Of a stretch of 64,000 bases of DNA, positions 36,861 to 44,907 are shown piece after piece. Source of the stretch: a bacterium HR21 (GTDB taxonomy: Bacteria > Bacteroidota > Ignavibacteria > Kapaibacteriales > HRBIN21); contig BEHX01000003.1 in assembly GCA_002898295.1 (NCBI GenBank), positions 108,754 to 172,753 of the forward strand, given 5' to 3'. The position numbers were made by a program, and so were the translations under genes. Under the pieces are notes generated by a model. It was not told where the DNA came from. It saw only the letters and a program-made list of their open reading frames with translations, and searched no databases. How positions within the stretch are numbered: the first letter of the stretch is position 1; each line of letters begins with the position of its first letter.

Positions 36861-36868
36861 CGAACTTA
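36861..36868 (-). promoter_or_regulatory. -7 promoter element (TAAGTTCG) of the yceI operon
   Basis: TAnnTTYG followed by C, 29 nt upstream of the ATG. Confidence 0.55.
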
Positions 36869-36982
36869 AGCACTCTGCGGTAAGGGAGTGAGAAGCTTCC
36901 TCATGGAGGAGGCTGAGGAAAATCACTCTCGCGGGGAGAAGCCCGGGTGGTGTGGAGCACTGAGACGGGAATCTCGGGAGCG

Positions 36983-37055
36983 TGCCGGCGGAGGGACTCG
37001 AACCCCCGACTCGCGGATTATGATTCCGCTGCTCTACCAGCTGAGCTACGCCGGC
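36983..37055 (-). tRNA. tRNA-Met (CAT), elongator type
   Basis: GCCGGCG/CGCCGGC acceptor with G1-C72 paired, so not an initiator. GCGGA-ATCATAA-TCCGC anticodon arm, TTCGA T-loop. CCA not encoded. Ile2 is less likely but not excluded. Confidence 0.93.
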
Positions 37056-37066
37056 GGAGGCACTCG

Positions 37067-37074
37067 CGAAAATA
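37067..37074 (-). promoter_or_regulatory. -7 promoter element (TATTTTCG) of tRNA-Met
   Basis: TAnnTTYG followed by C, 11 nt upstream of the tRNA. Confidence 0.6.
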
Positions 37075-37081
37075 CGCCATC

Positions 37082-37705
37082 TCACTGCGAGGAGCGCTGC
37101 ATCAGGCGCCGGATTTCGTCCCGGATGCGCGCTGCCCGTTCGTAATCTTCTTCCTCAATGGCTTTCTGCAGCTGTTGCTGCAAGCGCTGCAGCTGGTCCT
37201 TCGGCTGAGAGGGACGGGATTCCTCTGCAGAGCGTCGCTTCAGGCGTTCGAAGAAGTCCTCGTCCTCTTCTTCGGCATCTCCTTCTTCGCTGTGCTCCTC
37301 GAGGGCAGAGGGTGAGACAGCTGCTTCCTCCATGACCTCTTCGCTGACGTAGATAGGAGCTTCGCACCGAAGCGCCAGCGCGATGGCATCGCTGGGACGA
37401 GCATCTACCTCGATTTCCCCGTCGTCGAGCAGAAGGTACGCGTAGAAGGTTCCATCACGCAGGTCGTGGATGCAGACTTCGGTCAGGTTGCTGTCCAGCG
37501 CCTCGATGACGCTCTTGAGCAGGTCGTGTGTCATAGGGCGGGGCGGGCGCATTCCCTCCAGTTCCAGGGCGATCGCCTGTGCCTCAAAGGCGCCGATGAT
37601 GATTGGCAAGCGGCGTTCGCCTCCGACTTCCTTGAGGATGAGGGCATACGCACCATTGCTCTCCGTGGAGGCGATGCCGACGACCTCGACGCGCACCTTC
37701 TTCAT
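37082..37705 (-). CDS. Bifunctional nuclease family protein (DUF151) with a UvrB/C motif
   Basis: LPIIIGAFEAQAIA, RPMTHDL, DARPSDAIALALR. C-terminal AIEEEDYERAARIRDEI. Confidence 0.92.
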   Translation of the reverse strand: MKKVRVEVVGIASTESNGAYALILKEVGGERRLPIIIGAFEAQAIALELEGMRPPRPMTHDLLKSVIEALDSNLTEVCIHDLRDGTFYAYLLLDDGEIEVDARPSDAIALALRCEAPIYVSEEVMEEAAVSPSALEEHSEEGDAEEEDEDFFERLKRRSAEESRPSQPKDQLQRLQQQLQKAIEEEDYERAARIRDEIRRLMQRSSQ

Positions 37706-37763
37706 TGCTCGTCCCCCATGTGGCGCCACATCAACTCTGCCGTGTAGACGAGGAGGCAATCAC

Positions 37764-38783
37764 TCAATTGCTCTGCCCGAGGACCTGCCGGAAGCGTTCC
37801 GGAACGGGTTTGCCAAGGAAGTTCGCCAACTTGACGGCCAGTCGCGGCAGTACGTCGAAGACATCGCCCACAATGCCGTAGTCGGCAACCTTGAAAATCG
37901 GCGCTTCAGGGTCTTTGTTGATGGCAACGATGACTTTCGAAGACGACATCCCTGCCAAATGCTGGATTGCCCCTGAAATGCCGCAGGCAATGTAGAGGCT
38001 CGGGGAGACCGTCTTTCCGGTCTGCCCCACCTGCTCGCTATGAGGACGCCATCCTGCATCCACAACGGCACGGGAAGCTCCCACTGCCCCCCCGAGGAGT
38101 TGCGCCAGCTCCTCGATCATCCAGAAGTGCTCCGGTCCTTGCATTCCCCGTCCGCCGGAGACGATGATGTCAGCCTCCAGAACGTCGAGCTTGCCCTCAC
38201 TGCGGAGCACGTCGCGGACGACCGCGCTGCAGTCTTCCGGGCGCAGCTCCGGACGGAATGTCCGCTGAGAAAACGGGACCGCTTCTGCCAGCGGGCGAGC
38301 GGTGAACACATTCGGGCGCAGTGAGTAGACCTGCACGGGCGTGCGAAGCCGAACCGTTGCCATAACCTTCCCCGCATAGACAGGGCGAACGGCGTAGAGA
38401 ACGCCGTCTTCAGAGCGCAACTCCACGCAATCTGGGGCGTAGCCGGCACGGAGCTTGGCTGCCAGACGCGGTGCCAGCTCCTTACCATGGGCATTAGCCG
38501 CCGTCAGGACAATGCGGGCTCCCTCCGCCACAACCAGCTGCGCCAGTGCGGTTGCCAGAGCCGGCATCGAGTACGCCTGCAGAAGCTCATGCTCCACGAC
38601 AATCCCCTCACCAATTCCATAGGCGGCAGCATGCTGGAGGAACTCTCTCGGACCGGTCAGCAAAACAGCGGCTACCGTCTCCCCCCGTTCCGCTGCCAGC
38701 AAGCGAGCAGCTGTGAGGACTTCCAGAGAGCTCCGCTTCAACCCGTTGCGATCGGCTTCCAGAAGTGCGAGGATGTGCGTCAT
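37764..38783 (-). CDS. etfA: Electron transfer flavoprotein alpha subunit
   Basis: [42 protein letters not shown]. Confidence 0.96.
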   Translation of the reverse strand: MTHILALLEADRNGLKRSSLEVLTAARLLAAERGETVAAVLLTGPREFLQHAAAYGIGEGIVVEHELLQAYSMPALATALAQLVVAEGARIVLTAANAHGKELAPRLAAKLRAGYAPDCVELRSEDGVLYAVRPVYAGKVMATVRLRTPVQVYSLRPNVFTARPLAEAVPFSQRTFRPELRPEDCSAVVRDVLRSEGKLDVLEADIIVSGGRGMQGPEHFWMIEELAQLLGGAVGASRAVVDAGWRPHSEQVGQTGKTVSPSLYIACGISGAIQHLAGMSSSKVIVAINKDPEAPIFKVADYGIVGDVFDVLPRLAVKLANFLGKPVPERFRQVLGQSN

Positions 38784-38799
38784 CTGTCCTCCGTGTGCT

Positions 38800-39549
38800 T
38801 CAAATGACCTTTGCTTCCTCATGCAGGAGGCGAATCAGCTCGTCGAGGTCGGCGTCGGAAGAGCCCAGAATCTTCCCGGCACGACGCCGCTGGGGCAATG
38901 CGAGCGCGACAATCTCACTGAGCGGCTCCCCCTCCGGCGGCGCAAGCTCATCAATCGGCTTCGATTTCGCCTTGATGATGTCCGGGAGCTTCGGATACCG
39001 CGGCTCGTTGATGCCCTTCTGCACGCTGAGTACGCACGGGAGACGGGTCTCCACCACCTCCTTGCCGCCTTCAACATCGCGCTCGACGACCACCGAGCCG
39101 TCTTCGGCAAGGGTAAGTCGCGAGACCACCGACACGGACGGCAGCCCCAGAAGCTCCCCCAGCGTTGAAGGCATCTGGAAGGAGTCGAAGTCAATGCTCT
39201 GCCGCCCCGTGAGGATAAGTTCTGCCTGGTACTGCCGAGCCACCTGCGCTAGAGCCTGTGCCACGCCAAAGGAGTCCAATGTCCACTCATCCCGGACCAG
39301 CAGCGCCCGATCCACACCCATTGCGAGCGCTGTGCGGAGGATCTCCTTTGCCGCCTCAGGTCCGACACAGACGGCGAGCACCTCTCCGCCGAAGCGCTCA
39401 CGCACCCGCAAGCCTTCCTCGATGGCGTACTCGTCATAGGGGTTCAAGATGAACTTCACTCCCGTCCGCTCAATCTGCTTGCCGTCAGGGGCAATTTGCG
39501 GGCGTGTCGCCGTATCGGGCACGTACGAAAGGCAGACCATGACTCGCAT
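38800..39549 (-). CDS. etfB: Electron transfer flavoprotein beta subunit
   Basis: YVPDT, NPYDEYAIEEG, ALAMGVDRA, GRQSID, NEPRYP. Confidence 0.96.
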   Translation of the reverse strand: MRVMVCLSYVPDTATRPQIAPDGKQIERTGVKFILNPYDEYAIEEGLRVRERFGGEVLAVCVGPEAAKEILRTALAMGVDRALLVRDEWTLDSFGVAQALAQVARQYQAELILTGRQSIDFDSFQMPSTLGELLGLPSVSVVSRLTLAEDGSVVVERDVEGGKEVVETRLPCVLSVQKGINEPRYPKLPDIIKAKSKPIDELAPPEGEPLSEIVALALPQRRRAGKILGSSDADLDELIRLLHEEAKVI

Positions 39550-39585
39550 GCATCCACCACCGATGTTGTTTCACCACGGAAGGCA

Positions 39586-39593
39586 CAAAGCTA
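39586..39593 (-). promoter_or_regulatory. -7 promoter element (TAGCTTTG) of etfBA
   Basis: Exact TAnnTTTG between the flhA stop and the etfB start. Confidence 0.55.
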
Positions 39594-39644
39594 CGGACAT
39601 TCACCCAACGAGCTCTGCAACAGAGCTCATCCCCTGTGCCTCCG

Positions 39645-41738
39645 CTACAGCTGAACGGTTGCCACGACATCCACGGGTGTATCCGCAGGCAGCTCCGTAT
39701 AGCTCAGCACCGCCACCATGGGGAATGTCGTTGCCAACATCCGGTACAGGTACGGGCGCAGCGGTGTTGAACACATAAGCACAGGCGGATAGCCAAGTGC
39801 AATGAGCTGTTCCAGCGCCCGGGCAACTGCTTGCCGCAACTGTTGCACCAGCTCAGGCGGCAACCCTAGAGTTGCTGTCCCAGCGGGCTGAGGTGCCTGC
39901 TGCAGCTGTGTCGTCAAGAGCCGCTCCACTTCCGGGGCAAGTACTGCAACGTGGACTACCCCCCGGGCGTCTTGGTAAAGTTTCCGGAGTGTCTCTCCCA
40001 GAGCATGGCGAACATACTCGGTGAGGACATCGGCATTCTTGGTCGTCTTCGCGTACTCCAGGGCTGTCTCCACAATGAGTGCCAGATCTCGGATTGGGAC
40101 GCCTTCGCGGAGAAGGTTCTGCAATACATGCTGCAGCGTCCCCAGCGGGAGATTCTCGGGGGTCACTTCCTCGACCAGTGCTGGGTACTCGCGGCGCAGA
40201 TGTTCCAGCAGTTGACGCACATCCTGCCGCGTCAGCAGCCGCCAGGCATGCCGGCGGAGCAGCTCTGTCAGGTGCGTCACCAGGACAGTTGCCGCCTCCA
40301 CCACCGTGTAGCCCATCATTTCCGCTTCCTCCCGCTGGGCAGCGGGAATCCAGACAGCGGGCAAACCAAAGACGGGCTCCGTGACATGGATGCCACTGAG
40401 CTCGCCTTCTGCCGTCCCGGGATTCATTGCCATGACCATCCCCGGATAAACCTTGTTGCGGGCAACCTCATTGCCGCGGATGCGAATCAGGTACTCCTCC
40501 GGTTCTAGCCGCAGGTTATCGCGGATGCGCACAGGTGGCAGCAAAACGCCCAACTCTGCTGCCAGCTGTCGGCGGACGTTCGTAATGCGCTGGAGCAGGT
40601 TCCCGCCGCGGGTCTCGTCAACCAAGGGCAGCAGCCCGTAGCCGAGTTCGATTTCAACGGGATCTACCCGCAGCAGCTCCTCCGGGCTGGGTTCAGCTGG
40701 GCGCTCTGGCATGCGAGCACGGGCGGCTTCCTCGGCACGGCGCTGTGCCTCTTGCAGCTGCTGCCGTCGTATCAGAACATAGGCAACAGCACCCAGAGCG
40801 AGAGCCAGCACCAGGAACGGTACCATCGGTAATCCGGGCAAGAATGCCAGCACCAGCGCCGCCACTGCCGTCGCAACGACTGCCCGCGGCTGCTGCCCGA
40901 ACTGCCGCCCTAGTTCCAGCTCCAGATAGTCCCGCGTGGAGGAGCGCGCAACGACCATGCCGGCCGCCACCGAAATGAGCAGCGCCGGAATCTGCGATAC
41001 CAGCCCATCACCGATGGTCAGCACCGTGTACGTCTGCAGCGCCGTCACCACATCCATGCCCCGCTGCGCAATCCCAATGATGAGCCCACCGACAATGTTG
41101 ACCACCGTAATGACCAGCCCGGCAATGGCATCACCCCGGACAAACTTCGCCGCCCCGTCCATTGCCCCGTAGAAGTCCGCTTCCCGAGCAAGCTGCTCCC
41201 GACGCTGCCGAGCTTCGTGCTCAGTGATGAACCCCGCATTGAGTTCCGCATCAATGCTCATCTGCTTGCCCGGCAAGGCATCGAGGGTAAAGCGCGCCGC
41301 TACCTCCGCAATGCGGTTTGCCCCCTTGACAATCACCACGAAGTTGATGAGCACCAGGATGAGGAAAATGACAAACCCGACGACGTAATTGCCCGCCACC
41401 ACGAAGCTGCCGAATGCACGGATAATCTCCCCCGCGTGTGCCTGCCCGAGAATGAGTCGAGTCGTGGCAACGTTGAGTCCGAGCCGGAACAAGGTTGTGA
41501 TCAAGAGCAAGCTCGGGAACACACTCAGCTCGAGCGGATGGCGCACGTAGAGCGCCACCAGCAAGACCAACAGTGAGACCGTCAAGTTGAGCGCCAGCAA
41601 GACGTCCAGAAGCGGCGTCGGGAGCGGGAAAATCAGCAGCGTCAATATCCCCAGGATGCCCACCACCAGGGCAATATCGGGCTGCCGGGACAGGCGCTGC
41701 AACCACGTCGGTGCCGGAAGTCGGGCTTGCACCATCAC
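39645..41738 (-). CDS. flhA: Flagellar-type export gate protein FlhA (SctV family)
   Basis: FPSLLLITTLFRLGLNVATTRLIL, FHIPEP motif RIAEVAARFTLDALPGKQMSIDAELNAG, FYGAMDGAAKFVRGDA, GDGLVSQIPALL. Full cytoplasmic domain, 697 aa. Confidence 0.97.
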   Translation of the reverse strand: MMVQARLPAPTWLQRLSRQPDIALVVGILGILTLLIFPLPTPLLDVLLALNLTVSLLVLLVALYVRHPLELSVFPSLLLITTLFRLGLNVATTRLILGQAHAGEIIRAFGSFVVAGNYVVGFVIFLILVLINFVVIVKGANRIAEVAARFTLDALPGKQMSIDAELNAGFITEHEARQRREQLAREADFYGAMDGAAKFVRGDAIAGLVITVVNIVGGLIIGIAQRGMDVVTALQTYTVLTIGDGLVSQIPALLISVAAGMVVARSSTRDYLELELGRQFGQQPRAVVATAVAALVLAFLPGLPMVPFLVLALALGAVAYVLIRRQQLQEAQRRAEEAARARMPERPAEPSPEELLRVDPVEIELGYGLLPLVDETRGGNLLQRITNVRRQLAAELGVLLPPVRIRDNLRLEPEEYLIRIRGNEVARNKVYPGMVMAMNPGTAEGELSGIHVTEPVFGLPAVWIPAAQREEAEMMGYTVVEAATVLVTHLTELLRRHAWRLLTRQDVRQLLEHLRREYPALVEEVTPENLPLGTLQHVLQNLLREGVPIRDLALIVETALEYAKTTKNADVLTEYVRHALGETLRKLYQDARGVVHVAVLAPEVERLLTTQLQQAPQPAGTATLGLPPELVQQLRQAVARALEQLIALGYPPVLMCSTPLRPYLYRMLATTFPMVAVLSYTELPADTPVDVVATVQL

Positions 41739-42841
41739 CGTGTCCGCAAGACCTGTTGCGCTTTGGCTCGGTTGTAGACCCGGTATACGTATGCCAGCAC
41801 CTCTGCCACTGCGGCAAAGAGGCGCTCAGGAATTTCCTGATCCACATCCACGCTCCGGTACAGGCTCCATGCCAGCGGAGGGTTTTCCACAATGGGGACC
41901 TGCGCCTCACGGGCAAGGCGGCGGATCTGCTCGGCAATGCGGTCAGCTCCCTTGGCAACCACAATTGGTGCCCGCATCTTCCCCGGGACATACTGCAGAG
42001 CTACGGCGACGTGCACTGGATTGGTCACCACAACATCAGCCTGCCGCACCCGCTGGAGCATCCAACGGCGCAGCCGCTGCTGCATGAGACTCCGCAGACG
42101 TGCCCTCAGCTGCGGATCACCTTCCGTTTGCTTGAGCTCATCCCGCACCTCCTGCCGTGTCATCCGCAAATCCTCCCGGTAGCGATACCGCTGGTAGAGG
42201 AAGTCCGCCAGGGCAATGAGCAGGAACACCACCGCAATTTTCGCCGTCAGCTCCAGCAGGATGCGCCAGACCACACCGAGCGCTTGCGGCAGCGGCACGA
42301 CACTGAGCTGCACGAGCTCCTCCAGGCGTGCAACGAAGACCTGCGCCCCGACGACAAAGAGGAGTGTCACTTTGAGCAGGCTCTTGAACAGCTCCACCGC
42401 AGAGCGCCCGGAGAAAAAGATGCGCCGCAACCCCGTCAGCGGATTGAAAACCGTCTGAAGCGGTAAGCCCTGCGGGAATTTCTTGGTCGCAAGACGCAAC
42501 CCAACCTGGGCAATTTCTGCCCCTACACCCAGGACCAGGAGCGTTCCCAGAATCGGCACAGCGAGGAAGAGCACATGCGTGACGAAGTCCCACGCCACCC
42601 TGAGAAGGCTGGAGTCATCGAGCCGGAGCTGTACGCCCCAGCGTAGGTATTCCTGGAGCACGGCGCGGAGCTGCCGAGCTGCTATCGGCAGGAATGCCCC
42701 GAGCAGCACAACCGCTCCGAGCAGTGCCGCTGCAGCTGTCACATCCGCGCTCTTCGCCACCTGCCCCCGAAGCCGTGCCTCTTCTAGGCGTTTCGGCGTC
42801 GGTGCTTCCGTTCGCTCTTGTCCCTCCGGTGTCTCCGCCAT
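41735..42841 (-). CDS. flhB: Export switch protein FlhB (SctU family)
   Basis: ERTEAPTPKRLEEAR..GQVAKS, four TM segments, MTRQEVRDELKQTEGDP, TNPVHVAVAL, APIVVAKG, ENPPLAWSLY. Confidence 0.96.
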   Translation of the reverse strand: MAETPEGQERTEAPTPKRLEEARLRGQVAKSADVTAAAALLGAVVLLGAFLPIAARQLRAVLQEYLRWGVQLRLDDSSLLRVAWDFVTHVLFLAVPILGTLLVLGVGAEIAQVGLRLATKKFPQGLPLQTVFNPLTGLRRIFFSGRSAVELFKSLLKVTLLFVVGAQVFVARLEELVQLSVVPLPQALGVVWRILLELTAKIAVVFLLIALADFLYQRYRYREDLRMTRQEVRDELKQTEGDPQLRARLRSLMQQRLRRWMLQRVRQADVVVTNPVHVAVALQYVPGKMRAPIVVAKGADRIAEQIRRLAREAQVPIVENPPLAWSLYRSVDVDQEIPERLFAAVAEVLAYVYRVYNRAKAQQVLRTR

Positions 42842-42847
42842 TCCTCC

Positions 42848-43642
42848 CTAGGGTGCCAGGGTACGAACCACGAGGAGAACCTCCTGCTGGAGGACCTGCA
42901 CAGCAGTCCGCAGCAACACGACAATGAGCGGCACACTGACGAAGAGCATGCCAATACCGATTGCAGCTTTGAGTGAGAAGCTCAGCATGAAGATGTTGAT
43001 CTGGGGCGCCGTCCGTGCCAGGAGCGCCAGCCCCCAGAGGCTAACGAAGAGCGCTGCCATGACTGGTGCAGCAATGCTGACTGCCAGTGCCGTCAGTGCT
43101 CCAACCCAGCGCACCAGCTCCGGAGCCGTCACTGCCGGGAAAGTCAGCGCCGTCAGTGGGAGCAGCCGGATACTCTCGGTGAGTGCGACAAGCAGTGTCT
43201 CCACTCCCCCGAGCCCGAAAAAGAGCATGAGCGCAGCGAAGGCGAAGAATTCCCCCACCAACGTTGGGAAGCCCCCGAGATTCGGGTCGAAAAGCAGTGC
43301 CGTCTGAAAGCCAATATCCATGTCGAGCAATCCGCCGGCAAAACGTGCGGCAGAGAGAACGCCGGAGGACAGGAAGCCGATCAATGCCCCAATGGTAGCC
43401 TCCTTCAGCGCCAGGAGCAGCAACACCCACGGATGGAGCTCCAGCGGTGGCTGTGGCGGCAGCGCCGGCAGCATCCCGACGACAATGACTAGCGCCAACG
43501 ACGCCCTGAAAAGCAGTGGAAGCCCACCGTGACTCAGAACAGGTGCCGTCAGGAAGAGGGCACCAACCCGCACGAAGGCTAATCCGCCTACCACCACCAG
43601 CTGGAAAAGCTGCTCCAGCGCCGCCGCATCGAGAGATACCAT
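42848..43642 (-). CDS. fliR: Export gate protein FliR (SctT family)
   Basis: FVRVGALF..APV, KEATIG..IG, AGGLLDMDIGF, LLARTAPQINIF. Confidence 0.92.
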   Translation of the reverse strand: MVSLDAAALEQLFQLVVVGGLAFVRVGALFLTAPVLSHGGLPLLFRASLALVIVVGMLPALPPQPPLELHPWVLLLLALKEATIGALIGFLSSGVLSAARFAGGLLDMDIGFQTALLFDPNLGGFPTLVGEFFAFAALMLFFGLGGVETLLVALTESIRLLPLTALTFPAVTAPELVRWVGALTALAVSIAAPVMAALFVSLWGLALLARTAPQINIFMLSFSLKAAIGIGMLFVSVPLIVVLLRTAVQVLQQEVLLVVRTLAP

Positions 43643-43645
43643 TGC

Positions 43646-43912
43646 TCACCGCAGCGTTGGGATCAGCTGGAAGACCCCGAGAATGTAGCGCTTGAGCGTC
43701 CCCACCATGAACGGCAGCATCAGGACCCCCACCAGCATCAACACCACCAGCTTCGGCACGAAAGTCAGCGTCTGCTCTGAAATCGTCGTCGCAGCCTGGA
43801 CAATGGCTATCACCAGCCCCACAACGAGCGCCAACAGCAAAAGCGGTCCGGCAACCACCAGCACGTGGAAGAAAGCTTCCCGTACCAGAAACACCACCAT
43901 CTCCTCGTTCAT
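43646..43912 (-). CDS. fliQ: Export gate protein FliQ (SctS family)
   Basis: GPLLLLALVVGLVIAIVQAATTISEQTLTFVPK. 88 aa. Confidence 0.95.
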   Translation of the reverse strand: MNEEMVVFLVREAFFHVLVVAGPLLLLALVVGLVIAIVQAATTISEQTLTFVPKLVVLMLVGVLMLPFMVGTLKRYILGVFQLIPTLR

Positions 43913-43921
43913 CGCGGCACC

Positions 43922-44689
43922 TTATGGCGAGAGGATACCCTGCAACAGCGAGCCAATCAGCAGATTCCATCCATCTACGAGCACGAAAAGCAGAATCTTC
44001 GCCGGCAATGATACCAGCTGCGGCGGCAGGAGAAAAATCCCCAGCGACAGCAGCACACTGGCAATGATGAGATCGATGACCAGGAAGGGCAAAAAGAGCA
44101 GGAAGCCAATCTGGAAGGCAATCCGCAACTCACTCAACGCGAAGGCGGGGATCAGCGCCCAGGTGCTCACCTCCTCAGGTGTCTTCGGGCGCTGTCCTCC
44201 GCTCAGGCGGATGAAGAGTGCCAGGTCCTCCTGCCGCACCCGCTTGAGCATAAACTCCCGGAAAGGGCGCACCATGTTGTCTACCGCCTGCTCCTGCGTG
44301 ATTTCCTGCCGCAGGTACGGCTGCAACCCCTTCTCATTGGCTTCATTGAGCACAGGCTGCATGACGAAGAAGGTCAGAAACAGCGCCAGCCCAGTCAAAA
44401 GCTGGCTAGGAGGCTGCATCTGCGTCCCGAGTGCCTGCTTCAAGAAGAAGAAGACCACGACAATGCGCGTAAAGCAGGTCATCATCACCAGAATGGACGG
44501 TGCCAGAGTGAGCACTGTCAACAACAGCAGGAGCTGCAGCGTGAGCGAGAAATCCTGCGGCGAGCGTGCCGCCTCCACCCCCAAGCTCAGCTTCGGAAGC
44601 GGGAGCGGCATGGGCTGCTGCGCCCACACTGCCGTCATCCCCCCGAGGAGAGCAACTCCGACTCCAACCCACAGGATACGCCACACCAT
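43922..44689 (-). CDS. fliP: Export gate protein FliP (SctR family)
   Basis: LAPSILVMMTCFTRIVVV, QPPSQLLTGLALFLTFFVM, PAFALSELRIAFQIGF, PFLVID, LPAKILLFVLVDGW. N-terminal signal-like extension as in flagellar FliP. Confidence 0.96.
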   Translation of the reverse strand: MVWRILWVGVGVALLGGMTAVWAQQPMPLPLPKLSLGVEAARSPQDFSLTLQLLLLLTVLTLAPSILVMMTCFTRIVVVFFFLKQALGTQMQPPSQLLTGLALFLTFFVMQPVLNEANEKGLQPYLRQEITQEQAVDNMVRPFREFMLKRVRQEDLALFIRLSGGQRPKTPEEVSTWALIPAFALSELRIAFQIGFLLFLPFLVIDLIIASVLLSLGIFLLPPQLVSLPAKILLFVLVDGWNLLIGSLLQGILSP

Positions 44690-44723
44690 CTCGCACTGCT
44701 CTGGAATGCTGCGGAGAGCACAC

Positions 44724-44740
44724 TGCCAATCTCCGTGCCA
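44724..44740 (-). promoter_or_regulatory. Candidate sigma54 (-24/-12) promoter of fliP
   Basis: TGGCAC-GGAGA-TTGGCA versus consensus TGGCAC-N5-TTGCW; the conserved -12 C is G here. 34 nt upstream of the ATG. Confidence 0.35.
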
Positions 44741-44907
44741 GCCCCCGATTTCGCGCCGAAGTCCTTGGGAATCAATGCATTCCTCATGTCCCCGCTGCCT
44801 GTCCCTCTGGCGGAAGAATACCGGCATTGGGGAGTCTACCACACTGAAGCGCACCCAGCCTCGTCCCCCGCCTACGTTGGGAAAGCGACACTGCTCCCCC
44901 TCTGTGC

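Noticed and set aside
36870-36982. Short stems between tRNA-Met and yceI (TTCCTCA/TGAGGAA) as a possible riboswitch
   Set aside because: No match to a riboswitch family I know, and the yceI -7 element lies downstream of it.
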